From assembly GCA_963730935.1 (NCBI GenBank), contig CAVSTP010000004.1, positions 1,600,001 through 1,664,000 of the forward strand: a stretch of 64,000 bases of DNA, in the 5' to 3' direction. A model generated the notes under the pieces. That model worked only from the letters and a program-made list of their open reading frames with translations. It searched no databases and had not been told where the DNA came from. The translations under genes and the position numbers were made by a program. The stretch is from an uncultured Nitrospiraceae bacterium. GTDB lineage: Bacteria > Nitrospirota > Nitrospiria > Nitrospirales > Nitrospiraceae. Positions 46,866-56,954 of the stretch are shown piece after piece (the first letter of the stretch is position 1; the number at the start of each line of letters is the position of its first letter).

Positions 46866-46978
46866 TCGTGTCTCTACCTATAGAGGAAGATTCTATCGAC
46901 AAGACTATATATAGCGGATGGTCCGGTCTTCAATATTTGTGATCCCTGCTCTCACCGCCTGAATCCACATTCCTTCCG

Positions 46979-47054
46979 TGGTAGGCGGAACAGGGATCGA
47001 ACCTGTGACCTCTGCCTTGTAAGGGCAGCGCTCTACCAACTGAGCTATCCGCCC
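46979..47054 (-). tRNA. tRNA-Val(TAC)
   Basis: Cloverleaf GGGCGGA...CTGCC CTTACAA GGCAG...TTCGATC...TCCGCCTACCA. Confidence 0.97.
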
Positions 47055-47076
47055 GATTTTCTTAGCAAGCTGGCGG

Positions 47077-47105
47077 ATGCTACCAAGTCCATCTCCCCTT
47101 GTCAA
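47077..47105 (-). promoter_or_regulatory. Sigma-70 promoter for the tRNA pair
   Basis: TTGACA-N17-TAGCAT followed by a GC-rich discriminator. Confidence 0.7.
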
Positions 47106-47138
47106 CCGAATCTCGCACTGTTCTTGCAGATTCTGCGG

Positions 47139-48074
47139 CTATTTTTCCCTTCGCTGCTGAAGGAATTTCGCCTTGCGACGTGGCTGCCGGGGGAAGAACG
47201 TCGCATGCACCTCTTTCAGTCGTTCTCGTTCGACATGCGTGTAGATTTGTGTCGTCGCAATGTCGGCATGTCCGAGCATCGTTTGGACTGACCGAAGATC
47301 GGCGCCGCCTCCCAACAGATGCGTGGCAAAGGAATGCCGCAACATGTGCGGGGAAACGGCTTTCGTCAACCCCGCGCGCTGCGCCCGTTGGCGAAGCGAC
47401 TTCCAAAACGCCTGCCTGGTCAGCGAACCCCCGCGTCGAGATACGAACAGCACGCGCGAAGCCCGTTGTTTGAGCAATTGCGGTCTGATGGCTTGGACAT
47501 ATTCGGCGAGAAGACGTTGCGCCGGCTCCCCCATCGGCACGATGCGCTGCTTGGATCCCTTGCCCATCACGCGCAAATACCCGACCTCCATGTTCACTTG
47601 CGCAAGTTCCAAAGACACCAACTCCGAGACGCGCAGCCCTGTCGCGTATAGCAGTTCCAACATCACGCGATCGCGCCGGTCCTCCGTGGTCCCGTGTACT
47701 GGGACGTCCAGCAAGGCGGCCACTTCCTGCTCCGATAACGTTTTGGGCAGACGTGTCCCACGACGGGCGGGCGCGATATCCAGCGCTGGATGACCTTCGA
47801 TCACGCGTTCCTCTTGCAGAAAACGCAGCCAACCCCGAACGGCGGACAGACAACGGGCCGACGAGACCGAGGACAGCTGCAGCGCGTGCAGAGATCCTAG
47901 AAAAGATCGAACCGTGTCCTGCGTCACCTGCCGAAGCTGTTCGATCTTCCGGTGCCGGAGGTAGCGTTGAAATTTTGCGAGGTCGCGCCGGTAGGCGTCA
48001 ATCGTATTGCGGGATAGGCCGCCTTCGACGCGGACATGGTTGAGATAGCGTTCGACCAGAGCGTCCGTGTCCAT
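47139..48074 (-). CDS. xerD: Site-specific tyrosine recombinase XerD
   Basis: LYATGLRVSEL, GKGSKQR, SPHMLRHSFATHLL, LGHADIATTQIYTH. Confidence 0.93.
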   Translation of the reverse strand: MDTDALVERYLNHVRVEGGLSRNTIDAYRRDLAKFQRYLRHRKIEQLRQVTQDTVRSFLGSLHALQLSSVSSARCLSAVRGWLRFLQEERVIEGHPALDIAPARRGTRLPKTLSEQEVAALLDVPVHGTTEDRRDRVMLELLYATGLRVSELVSLELAQVNMEVGYLRVMGKGSKQRIVPMGEPAQRLLAEYVQAIRPQLLKQRASRVLFVSRRGGSLTRQAFWKSLRQRAQRAGLTKAVSPHMLRHSFATHLLGGGADLRSVQTMLGHADIATTQIYTHVERERLKEVHATFFPRQPRRKAKFLQQRREK

Positions 48075-48170
48075 TTCGCGCGATGATAGCCAATGCGTTC
48101 GGGGAACACAACGCGGCAGAATCTTGACACCCTTCGGGGATTCCGATACTAGTCACGCTTGACGATTTTC

Positions 48171-50168
48171 ATGCGTACGAGCCACAAGCGCTACCTTGCC
48201 GACGGGTGCCTGCCGCCGTGCGGCCCTTCTCCTCGAGCGAGGTCACTCGCCGCGGCCTCTGCCGTCCTCGCCGTTGCACTGACGCTGATGGCGAATTCCG
48301 CCTGGCAGCCTGCTGTCGCGGCTGCACCCGCCAAGCAGGCCCCGGCGAATCATCCGTCGCTCAATCAAGCGAAGCGGTTGATCGATGCGGGGCAGGCCGA
48401 AGAGGCCATCACAATCCTGCGAAGATTTCTGGGCACCAATCCCAAGCCGGACCTCCTTGACGACACCTACCTTTTGCTCGGAGCCGCATTGTACCGGGCG
48501 CAACAGTATGGAGAGGCGCTGAAATATCTCCAGCAACTCCAGAACGAGTTTCCCTCATCCGAAGTGGCCGACCGTGGAAAGTTGATGCTCGCGCGCACGC
48601 ATGCGGCCATGGGCAATCCGGATCTAGCGCTGCCGATTCTGACCGGCCTTCGGACGATGTCGCAAGACGATGTGACCCAGCGCGAGGCTGTGCATCTGAG
48701 CGGCGAACTGTACTTTCAGAAGAAAGAGCCTGCCCGCGCCATTGCTGCGTGGCTCGACGAAATCGCGTTGAGTTCGGACGACCAAGCGGAGGAGATCCGC
48801 ACGAACATCACGGCACTCATCAACGAATCCTTTGACAAGAAAATGCTCGAGCGGATCAAGGAAGCGTATCCGAAAAGCTTCCCGGGAGATCTGGCCGCGC
48901 TGCGCTTGATCGACTTGTATATGGGGCGGGGTGAAGAACATCAGGCCTCTCGACAGATCCAGCAGTTCCTGGCTCATTTTCCATCGCATGCCCAGAGCAG
49001 CCGCCTATCGGAAATGCTCGATACACTCCACACGAAGCTGAAGTCCAGCCAGTTCTTGCTTGCAGCCGTGCTGCCGCTGTCAGGCAAACTCTCGTCATTC
49101 GCCAACGACGTCTTGAGCGGCGTGCAGCTCGCGGTGGAAACCGTCGATAGAGGCGGAGGGCCTTCGATCGGGCTGTTGGTGAAGGACGCGGAATCATCGC
49201 AGGCCTCGTTCCTCGACGACTTCTCCAGTCTCTTGGCCACAGACCGTCCCGTCGCTGTCATCGGTCCGCTGCTGTCAAAAAACCTGCCCGTCATGTCGGA
49301 GCTGGCTGAGCGTTCGCATACTCCGCTGCTCACGCCCACCGCGATGTTGCCCAACGTCAGACGTCTCGGTAGCTATACGTTTAGTACCGCACTCACCTAC
49401 CAACTGCAGGCGCGCAGGATCGCCGCATACGCCACGGGCGAGTTGGGATTCCGCCGCTTTTGCATTCTCCACCCGGATACTGCCTACGGGCGCGAAATGG
49501 CCCGCCTGTTCGCCAACGAAGCCAAGCAGCGGGATGGCGAGATCATCGCTATCGAGTCCTACAAGGAAGGCGATTCCGACGTGGGCGCGCAGTTGAAGCG
49601 CATGAAGGCCGAGGATCTGAAGAAGTACGGCCTGGCCGTTCCGGTCGATCCGACGAAAATCGGAGGCAGGCTCACCAAGCTCGACAAGAAAGTGCTCTAT
49701 ACTCCTGGGTTCGACGCCGTCTTCATTCCCGGCCGAGCGTCGGATGTCGGCCTAATTGCCGCTCAACTAAACTTTCACGACATGAAAGTCCCTTTCCTGG
49801 GCACCAATGGCTGGAATGCCCCGGACTTCGCCCGCACCGCGGATCAATCCATCGACGGCGCGGTCTTCGTCGACGGATTTTTTGTCGATAGTCCAAATCC
49901 CAACGTGCAGGAGTTCGTCGAGCGCTACAAAAAGCGGTTTCAAAATCCGCCGACGCTGTTTGCCATGCAGGGATATGACGCGGCAAAAGTCGTGATCGAA
50001 GCCATTAAGAAAGGCGCGACGTCGGGTGAGGCGATCCGCGACTATCTCACTGCCCAGCAGGACCTCCCGGCACTGACGGGGCCGGCCGCCTTCGCGCAAG
50101 ACGGCACGTTGGATCGGCCTCTCTTCTTGATTCAGGTCAAGCGCGGGCGCTTCACGCAGCTCGATTGA
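48171..50168 (+). CDS. TPR plus periplasmic-binding-fold protein, LpoA-like PBP activator
   Basis: Signal peptide, N-terminal TPRs, LPLSG, VIGPL, GYDAA. Confidence 0.75.
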   Translation: MRTSHKRYLADGCLPPCGPSPRARSLAAASAVLAVALTLMANSAWQPAVAAAPAKQAPANHPSLNQAKRLIDAGQAEEAITILRRFLGTNPKPDLLDDTYLLLGAALYRAQQYGEALKYLQQLQNEFPSSEVADRGKLMLARTHAAMGNPDLALPILTGLRTMSQDDVTQREAVHLSGELYFQKKEPARAIAAWLDEIALSSDDQAEEIRTNITALINESFDKKMLERIKEAYPKSFPGDLAALRLIDLYMGRGEEHQASRQIQQFLAHFPSHAQSSRLSEMLDTLHTKLKSSQFLLAAVLPLSGKLSSFANDVLSGVQLAVETVDRGGGPSIGLLVKDAESSQASFLDDFSSLLATDRPVAVIGPLLSKNLPVMSELAERSHTPLLTPTAMLPNVRRLGSYTFSTALTYQLQARRIAAYATGELGFRRFCILHPDTAYGREMARLFANEAKQRDGEIIAIESYKEGDSDVGAQLKRMKAEDLKKYGLAVPVDPTKIGGRLTKLDKKVLYTPGFDAVFIPGRASDVGLIAAQLNFHDMKVPFLGTNGWNAPDFARTADQSIDGAVFVDGFFVDSPNPNVQEFVERYKKRFQNPPTLFAMQGYDAAKVVIEAIKKGATSGEAIRDYLTAQQDLPALTGPAAFAQDGTLDRPLFLIQVKRGRFTQLD

Positions 50169-50173
50169 CGTCC

Positions 50174-50917
50174 ATGAACGATTTTTCCCAGCTGCTGTTC
50201 GCCCTCTCGTACAAAGCGCTGCCCCTGCTCTTTGCCATGGTCCTGCATGAGTATGCCCATGGGTGGGTCGCCGATAAATGCGGCGATTCGACCGCGAAGA
50301 CCCAGGGGCGTCTCACCATGAATCCCCTGGCGCATATCGATCTGTTCGGCACCATCATCGTCCCGCTGATCTGTTTGATGCTGCCGGGCAGCTTTCTTCT
50401 GGGATGGGCCAAGCCGGTACCCGTCGACCCGCGGAACATGAGACAACCCCGGCGCGACATGGCGCTCGTCGCCGCGGCCGGACCCGGCATGAATTTCCTC
50501 CTCGCGGTCTGTAGTGCGGCGTTGTTGTCGCTGGTGCTATCAATGGATCCCTCGCTGCTCGCATCGAAAACGCGCAACGTCGCAGCAGAACCGGATGCCT
50601 CGTCGGCCGCGATCGTGCTGTTGCCCGTCGCCGTGATGGCGCTCTATTCCGTCCTGGTCAACGTCTTCCTAGGCATCTTCAACCTGATACCGATTCCACC
50701 TCTCGACGGCGGCCGAATTTTATTAAGCCTGCTGCCTCCACGCCCCGCGCTGGCGCTCGCACGCTTGGAACCATATGGGATGATGATTCTCGTCGGACTC
50801 CTCGTGTTCGACCGCGAACTCCGGATCATCCACACCATTACCAATACATTCGCTTCCGGCCTTTCAGGTACAATCCTCTCGACGGCGGTGGGTTTGATTT
50901 CAAGAGTGTCGCCATGA
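50174..50917 (+). CDS. Site-2 protease (M50)
   Basis: HEYAHG, NPLAHID, GWAKPVP, FNLIPIPPLDGG. Confidence 0.95.
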   Translation: MNDFSQLLFALSYKALPLLFAMVLHEYAHGWVADKCGDSTAKTQGRLTMNPLAHIDLFGTIIVPLICLMLPGSFLLGWAKPVPVDPRNMRQPRRDMALVAAAGPGMNFLLAVCSAALLSLVLSMDPSLLASKTRNVAAEPDASSAAIVLLPVAVMALYSVLVNVFLGIFNLIPIPPLDGGRILLSLLPPRPALALARLEPYGMMILVGLLVFDRELRIIHTITNTFASGLSGTILSTAVGLISRVSP

Positions 50918-51909
50918 CGAACCAACCAAAGAAGCGGGTGTTGAGCGGCATGCAGCCCAGCGGCCTCATGCATCTGGGCAATTACCTTGGCGCGCTCCAG
51001 AATTGGAAGCAGCTTCAGGCCGAGCATGAATGTTACTTCTTTGTCGCCGATTGGCATGCGCTCTCGACGAACTATGCCGACACGAGCCGCATCCGAGAAT
51101 ACGTGCGTGAGCTGCTGATCGACTGGTTGGCCGCAGGCATCGATCCGAATCGCTCGGTGGTGTTCATTCAATCACGCGTCCCGGAACATGCCGTCCTGCA
51201 CCTGTTGTTTTCCATGATGATTCCCGTGTCCTGGTTGGAGCGCAACCCGACCTACAAGGAAAAACAGGAGGAGATCAAGGAAAGGGATCTCAGCACCTAT
51301 GGATTCTTGGGCTATCCGGTCCTCCAAGCCGCCGACATCCTCCTGTACAAACCGCATTTCGTTCCGGTAGGGAAAGATCAGCTCCCGCACCTCGAGTTGA
51401 CCCGGGAAGTGGCGAGACGATTTAACGACCTCTATAAGCAGCCGGTATTTCCCGAGCCCAAGGAACATCTCACGAAGTTTCCGAAAGTCCCTGGCACTGA
51501 CGGTCGGAAAATGAGCAAGAGCTACGGCAATACGATCAACCTCTCGGACAGCGAGCCGGTGGTTCGCCAAAAATTGAAGACGATGGTCACGGACCCGGCA
51601 CGGGTGAGACGGATGGATCCCGGCAATCCAGAGCTCTGCCCGGTATTCGACTTCCACAAAATGTTTTCGCCGCTTCCCATCATCGAGCAGATCAACCGCG
51701 AATGCCGTACCGCCGAAATCGGCTGCATCGACTGTAAGAAGCTGGTGGCCGATCGAGTGGTCGACACACTGGCGCCGATCTGGGAGGCGCGGGCGGCCCT
51801 GGTCAGCAACCCTTCGCACATCGAGGAGATCGTGGAGGAAGGCAGCCGGAAGGCCGGCGCCGTGGCAAAGGCCACGCTCCACGAAGCGACCGAGGCCATG
51901 AAGATCTAG
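50914..51909 (+). CDS. trpS: Tryptophan--tRNA ligase
   Basis: HLGN, YPVLQAADIL, VPVGKDQ, KMSKS. Confidence 0.97.
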   Translation: MTNQPKKRVLSGMQPSGLMHLGNYLGALQNWKQLQAEHECYFFVADWHALSTNYADTSRIREYVRELLIDWLAAGIDPNRSVVFIQSRVPEHAVLHLLFSMMIPVSWLERNPTYKEKQEEIKERDLSTYGFLGYPVLQAADILLYKPHFVPVGKDQLPHLELTREVARRFNDLYKQPVFPEPKEHLTKFPKVPGTDGRKMSKSYGNTINLSDSEPVVRQKLKTMVTDPARVRRMDPGNPELCPVFDFHKMFSPLPIIEQINRECRTAEIGCIDCKKLVADRVVDTLAPIWEARAALVSNPSHIEEIVEEGSRKAGAVAKATLHEATEAMKI

Positions 51910-51935
51910 CCGGTAGGGGAGATCGTTCTTGGGGT

Positions 51936-52232
51936 ATGAAACGGCTGGCCATCATCGTCGTGTTGGGAGGACTTTCAGTAGGGCCGGTGTGGGCCGTCGA
52001 TCCTCCCTGCGATGTGTATCCCCCTGGCAAGCAGGCGCGCTGCATGGAAATCTGGAAGGATCTCTACAGGGAAGACGGTCCGGTCATCGCGCAGTTCGGG
52101 TTAGATCAATTGAAGCGTCGTGAAGAGGGCCAGATTACGGCTGAGCAGCACCTTGCGCAAAATATGGACTTCATCAAGCAGTCGACCCAGAAGCGCCTCA
52201 CCCGGCTGAACGAGCTCATGGCCAAGGAGTAG
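51936..52232 (+). CDS. Small secreted hypothetical protein
   Basis: Signal peptide ending PVWA; one Cys pair. Confidence 0.7.
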   Translation: MKRLAIIVVLGGLSVGPVWAVDPPCDVYPPGKQARCMEIWKDLYREDGPVIAQFGLDQLKRREEGQITAEQHLAQNMDFIKQSTQKRLTRLNELMAKE

Positions 52233-52239
52233 CACTGGC

Positions 52240-52743
52240 TCACAAGTCTTGCGGCTTGGACTTTTCCTCAACCACCCCCGCCGAATTCAGCAGATCCCGC
52301 CCGACGATAATCGGCGCCTTGAAATGAATCGCTAACGCAATGGAATCCGACGAGCGGCTGTCGAAGACTTTGACGTCGCCGCCGTACGCGACGCTCAGCG
52401 CTCCATAATAGGTTCCGCCCTTCAGCGTAATGACCGATTGCGTCACTTTGGCGCCGAGCGTTTCCATAATCGTGTGCATGAGATCATGAGACAAAGGCCT
52501 GTGCAGCTGTTCACCATTCAATGCGCCCTGGATGGACACGGCGACCGTCAGATCGACGAAGATCGGGATCGTCTTGCCTTCCGCCTGCAGGAGCACTACC
52601 GGTCCATGATCGGAGATCCGCACTTTGACGTCGGTGATCGTGACTTGCTCGGGCTGCGATGAGCCCGTTTCCGCGTGCACGACGGGGGAGCCGCAGGCAA
52701 AGGACAGCAGAAACAACATCAACCATCGAGCGCTGGTCCTCAT
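52240..52743 (-). CDS. Bifunctional nuclease (DUF151) family protein with signal peptide
   Basis: PVVLL, IPIFV, RPLSHDL, DSRSSDSIALA. Confidence 0.85.
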   Translation of the reverse strand: MRTSARWLMLFLLSFACGSPVVHAETGSSQPEQVTITDVKVRISDHGPVVLLQAEGKTIPIFVDLTVAVSIQGALNGEQLHRPLSHDLMHTIMETLGAKVTQSVITLKGGTYYGALSVAYGGDVKVFDSRSSDSIALAIHFKAPIIVGRDLLNSAGVVEEKSKPQDL

Positions 52744-52764
52744 AGTAGTGACCTCCTGATCCGT

Positions 52765-53403
52765 TCATGCACGGACGAATTGATTCCTCTCCTTTTCCCA
52801 CCCGATTTCCGTCTCGGGGCCATGTCCCGTCACGACGAGCGTCGAATCATCGAGGGTGTACAAACGGTCACGGATGGAGCGCTCGATCGCGTCGAAATCC
52901 CCTCCCCAGAGATCGGTTCGGCCGATGCTGCCGCGGAACAGGGTATCGCCGGCCAAGACGACACCGCCTTCCGGGACATGAAAACTCATGGAACCCGGCG
53001 TATGGCCAGGCGTATGCAGAGCGATCGCTGTCACCTGGCCGACCGGCACCTTCTCTTCGTCCGTGAGCCAGTAGTCCGGCGGTGGAACGGGCGCGTACGG
53101 GACTCCAAACGCCCGGCACTGCATCTCGAGCATGTCCCAGAGCTCACGATCGTCCTCGTGCAGGCATAAGGCGGCGCCGGTGGCATTTTTCATTTCGCCC
53201 GAGGCGAGAAAGTGATCAAAATGGGCATGAGTGTGAAGAAGCTTCGTCACGGTCAACCCGAGCTCTCGCACCTCACGGAGGATCCGTTCGGCTGCGCCTC
53301 CAGGGTCCACGACGATGGCCTGTTTGCTCACGAGATCGCCGATGATCGAGCAATTGCAGCCGAGCGGCGGCACCGAAAACGTTTTGCGGATCAGTCCTCG
53401 CAT
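52765..53403 (-). CDS. MBL-fold metallohydrolase
   Basis: THAHFDH, TPGHTPG, GDTLF, GHG. Confidence 0.93.
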   Translation of the reverse strand: MRGLIRKTFSVPPLGCNCSIIGDLVSKQAIVVDPGGAAERILREVRELGLTVTKLLHTHAHFDHFLASGEMKNATGAALCLHEDDRELWDMLEMQCRAFGVPYAPVPPPDYWLTDEEKVPVGQVTAIALHTPGHTPGSMSFHVPEGGVVLAGDTLFRGSIGRTDLWGGDFDAIERSIRDRLYTLDDSTLVVTGHGPETEIGWEKERNQFVRA

Positions 53404-53476
53404 TGGGAAACATGCTAACGCTAGTTCGTCCCGTCTGCAACCGATCAGAGGTCGGGATCAAGGAAGGAAGCCGCGC

Positions 53477-54142
53477 TTATTGTGTCCGAGCCGCCCACAC
53501 CAGCTCGCTGTCAAAAATGCCCCAGCGCGACCCAGATGAGCGAAGCCAGACGGCGAAGCCGGCACCGCTCCCGTCGGGCCGGTTGTATTCGACATAGATG
53601 AAGGCATGTTCGCGCCCAAAGCTATAGGCGACACGCGAAAAGCTCAATCGATCAAGAACGGCCGGCGGTTCATCGAGCGGCCCCTCCTGCAACTGCTGCG
53701 GCATCCCCACCGACACCGGCAGAGGCGCCAGCGAGGTCTCCTGTTGCTCGGCCCCATTGCCCGACACGAAGCGATAGCGCACGCCGAAGCCGAAATGCCC
53801 TTCAAGTTGCGAGGGCGTCAGGTTTTTGAAAAGAAAATCCCGCACCAGGTCGATCGGAAGGCGGCCATCGAAGATTTCATATTCCTGAAACGTCTCGAGA
53901 CGAAGTGGCCCCTGCTGCTCGGGATGCAGCCGTGTCAGCGTGGTACGCTCGAGCACGACCAGTTTGGATTCGGGAGTGAGAAATTTTTCGTCGACGACAA
54001 GATCGTAGAGAGGATAGTCCTCCAGCGGCACAGGCGGAGGGCTGTCGGGCGGCGGCTCAGCTGGCGCGGCGGGAGGAGGGCCAGTCAAGGATGCGCTGAT
54101 GAACGTGAACGTGAGGGCCCATGCGCAGAGAGTGCGCCGCAT
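53477..54142 (-). CDS. Secreted hypothetical protein
   Basis: Signal-like N-terminus and Pro-rich linker; no family recognised. Confidence 0.6.
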   Translation of the reverse strand: MRRTLCAWALTFTFISASLTGPPPAAPAEPPPDSPPPVPLEDYPLYDLVVDEKFLTPESKLVVLERTTLTRLHPEQQGPLRLETFQEYEIFDGRLPIDLVRDFLFKNLTPSQLEGHFGFGVRYRFVSGNGAEQQETSLAPLPVSVGMPQQLQEGPLDEPPAVLDRLSFSRVAYSFGREHAFIYVEYNRPDGSGAGFAVWLRSSGSRWGIFDSELVWAARTQ

Positions 54143-54240
54143 GTGCGAAGGATAGCCCGCCCGTTACGAGGCGGTCAATGACGCGGACAGCCAATTTACG
54201 ATGGACAAGAGGTCTGGAAGCATGGATAATCCGTCAACCC

Positions 54241-54969
54241 ATGTGGCAGCGTCCGGGTAGTTCCATCGTTCTTCTCTTCCTGTTGCCGGCGCTTCTTGCC
54301 CTCTCCGCCTGCAAACCGGATGATACACCCTTCAGAGCTGAGAACGACGCGCTCAAAAAGCAGCTCGCCAGACAAGAGTCCCTCGTCACGTCGCTGCAGG
54401 ACGGCAACAAGGTCATGCAGCAACAGATCGATCTGCTGAATCAGGAAATCCGCGACGCCAAGAAGGCGGCCGACAGCGCAAAGGCCGAAGCCAAATCCGC
54501 GGCAGAGCAGCTCGATCATCAGTTGGTCCAGGCGCGCAAATTGACGGCGGACATCAAGAAAACAGCCCTCGAAGAGGCGGCTCAGAACATCCACATCGAA
54601 CAGAAGGGCGCGCAGTTCGAAGACCTCCCGCGGCCCTTGAACGCGGTGACGAAAACCGTCGAAGAGGCGTTGGCCCGCAACGGATACCAAGTCAGAGTCA
54701 GCATCAAAGCCGATCACAAGGCCGTCATCGTGACGGACCGCAAGATCTCGAATCCTGTCTCGCTGGAGGTCGCCGGATTTCGGAACCAGTATGTGATCGC
54801 CGTTCAAGCCCAACCCTTGAATGTCACACGCCTAAGCGTGAAGGCTGAATTCGAAAAGTTGGCGCAGGGCGGACGGGTTCTGAGCGTCAGTGCGGAAGAA
54901 ACCGCGGAAATCGAGCGCCGTCTAATCGGCGAAGTCAGCAAAGCCCTCGCCGCTCCCAGTAAAACCTAA
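54241..54969 (+). CDS. Coiled-coil lipoprotein
   Basis: LSAC lipobox, coiled coil, alpha/beta C-domain. Confidence 0.7.
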   Translation: MWQRPGSSIVLLFLLPALLALSACKPDDTPFRAENDALKKQLARQESLVTSLQDGNKVMQQQIDLLNQEIRDAKKAADSAKAEAKSAAEQLDHQLVQARKLTADIKKTALEEAAQNIHIEQKGAQFEDLPRPLNAVTKTVEEALARNGYQVRVSIKADHKAVIVTDRKISNPVSLEVAGFRNQYVIAVQAQPLNVTRLSVKAEFEKLAQGGRVLSVSAEETAEIERRLIGEVSKALAAPSKT

Positions 54970-55878
54970 ATGTTCCGCGCCCTCATCTGGGTCGCGGTGT
55001 TTGCCATGCTGATCATCGGCGCAAGCCGAACCGAAGGCGCAAACAGCCCCAAGCCGTCGCCAGAACTGTCGAGGCACCTCTCGCGCATCGCCGCGCTGGC
55101 GCAGCCTGTTCCCACCGTCACGATTCCCGCCGGCGAGTTTATCCTCGGCAGCAAGCGAATCGACGATGATCCCTACGGCCTGTGGACGCAGTTCGACGAT
55201 ACCGAACTCCCGCAGCAACGCGTCTGGCTCGATGAGTTTGCGATGGATCGCGACGAAGTGAGCCTGGGTGAGTATCTGGCCTACCTCGTCCGAAAAAAGC
55301 AGTATCCCCCCGAAGCATTGCAAAAACTGATCTGGCACGTGATCACCGTGCATGCGATGTCGGATCAGACACTGACGCGCTGGCCGTCCCTCTATGTGAC
55401 CTGGCACGAGGCGGTGGGATTTTGCACGTCACAGGGAAAGCGCTTGCCGACCGAAGCGGAGTGGGAAAAAGCCGCGCGGGGGCCGAACGGTCTGCTGTTC
55501 CCATGGGGCGATACCGCCCCAGACAGTGAGCGGGCGATGTTCGGCCAGCATCACGTCCACGAGATCCCGATCCTAGCCGCCGTGGATGCTCTTGCTCCTG
55601 GCCGAAGTCCCTATGGCCTCCACCACATGGCCGGCAACGTGGCGGAGTGGGTGCAGGATTGGTTTGGACTCGACTATTACGCCTACATGCCGGGCAGAAA
55701 TCCCGCCGGACCGACGAGCGGCCGTTACAAGGGCGTGCGCGGCGGATCCTGGAAGAGCAAAATCATCATGCTTCGCACCGCGACCCGCAGCGGCTTCAGT
55801 GCGGATCAGCGCTCGGCCACCATCGGCTTTCGCTGCGCGCAATCATCCGTCACAAACGGAGGACCGGGACGACCCTGA
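54970..55878 (+). CDS. FGE-sulfatase/SUMF1-fold protein, secreted
   Basis: KRLPTEAEWEKAARG, SPYGLHHMAGNVAEWV, RGGSW, GFRCA. Confidence 0.92.
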   Translation: MFRALIWVAVFAMLIIGASRTEGANSPKPSPELSRHLSRIAALAQPVPTVTIPAGEFILGSKRIDDDPYGLWTQFDDTELPQQRVWLDEFAMDRDEVSLGEYLAYLVRKKQYPPEALQKLIWHVITVHAMSDQTLTRWPSLYVTWHEAVGFCTSQGKRLPTEAEWEKAARGPNGLLFPWGDTAPDSERAMFGQHHVHEIPILAAVDALAPGRSPYGLHHMAGNVAEWVQDWFGLDYYAYMPGRNPAGPTSGRYKGVRGGSWKSKIIMLRTATRSGFSADQRSATIGFRCAQSSVTNGGPGRP

Positions 55879-55977
55879 GGGAGTCCAGTTCTCAAATTGC
55901 CGGATTGCTTGGTCGCTGGCCTGTGCCGTGATACGTTGGCGTGGGATCTTCACCGCATGCATCCGCCTGACGTCTCC

Positions 55978-56646
55978 ATGAGCCGAATGGTGCTGATCGG
56001 ATTCATCGTCGCTCTCGCGACGTTGGTCGGCTGCGCCACACCCACCGAAGATCGCCTGCACCGAACCGGCGTCGGTCCCTCCTGCTGTAAGTCGGTTGAG
56101 GCGTCGTCTCGCCGGGCCGCCATTGTCCGGACGGCTTCCAAGCTGGTCGGAGCGACCACCATCCAAGCCAACGGCAAACGCATTAGCTATGATTGCGCCG
56201 GGGTGACCCGCGCCATCTACCTCGAGCATGGCATCGATCTCTACGACAGCGGTACGCCAGACGCGAAGGCGAACGGAGTCAGGCTCATCCACCATCACAT
56301 CAGCCGGCATGGCAAATTGCACCAGGGTCCAGTTGTCCGTCCGGGAGATCTGGTGTTCTTCGACAACACCTGGGATTACAACAACGATGGCCTCGTCAAC
56401 GACCCCCTGACCCATGTCGGGATCGTCGAGCGCCAGGAGCAGGATGGCACCGTCATTTTTATCAGCCGTGTCGCTGGCGCCATAGAGCGGTACCGGATGA
56501 ACCTCGCCCTTCCCCACGTCCATCGCACCGCAGAGGGGCGGATCCTCAACGACTATATCCGCCGGAAAGACCTCGGCGATTCCGCTCATACCGCCTATCT
56601 GACGGGTCAGTTATTTGCCGGTTTCGGCAGCCAAAACGGCCTTTAG
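55978..56646 (+). CDS. NlpC/P60-family lipoprotein
   Basis: LVGC lipobox, YDCAG, PGDLVFF, THVGI. Confidence 0.88.
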   Translation: MSRMVLIGFIVALATLVGCATPTEDRLHRTGVGPSCCKSVEASSRRAAIVRTASKLVGATTIQANGKRISYDCAGVTRAIYLEHGIDLYDSGTPDAKANGVRLIHHHISRHGKLHQGPVVRPGDLVFFDNTWDYNNDGLVNDPLTHVGIVERQEQDGTVIFISRVAGAIERYRMNLALPHVHRTAEGRILNDYIRRKDLGDSAHTAYLTGQLFAGFGSQNGL

Positions 56647-56750
56647 CGTCCTGCCCTCCAGCCACGGTCAAGCAGTTTTGCGTATCCGCGCTATACTTGA
56701 ATCGTCTCTTTATTGGCCATCGTGTATCGAGATTTACCCGAGGAGGTTGT

Positions 56751-56915
56751 ATGGCGAAGACAGCGACCTATTGCAGCGAGTGCTATAACAAGGTCGGACG
56801 AGTGGAGGATGCGCAGGTCAAAGCGGCGGAAGCGTCTGGACAAACGCCCATGACTGGTCAAGGCACCTGCTGCAAGTGCAACAAGGCGACCGTCGTCGTC
56901 TATTACGAAAGCTGA
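56751..56915 (+). CDS. 54-aa Cys-rich microprotein, putative Zn-binding
   Basis: AGGAGG RBS; MAKTATYCSECYNK...GTCCKCNKATVVVYYES. Confidence 0.8.
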   Translation: MAKTATYCSECYNKVGRVEDAQVKAAEASGQTPMTGQGTCCKCNKATVVVYYES

Positions 56916-56954
56916 GCGCCATCCACCGGAGCGGAAGCGGGACACTCATTCGCT

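Noticed and set aside
46787..48074. tRNA pair plus tyrosine recombinase as an integrated element
   Set aside because: The recombinase is a housekeeping XerD type, no duplicated tRNA 3' end was seen, and flanks are core genes
56193..56750. 240-aa ORF upstream extension of the Cys-rich peptide
   Set aside because: It overlaps the NlpC/P60 gene in another frame; the strong RBS points to ATG 56751
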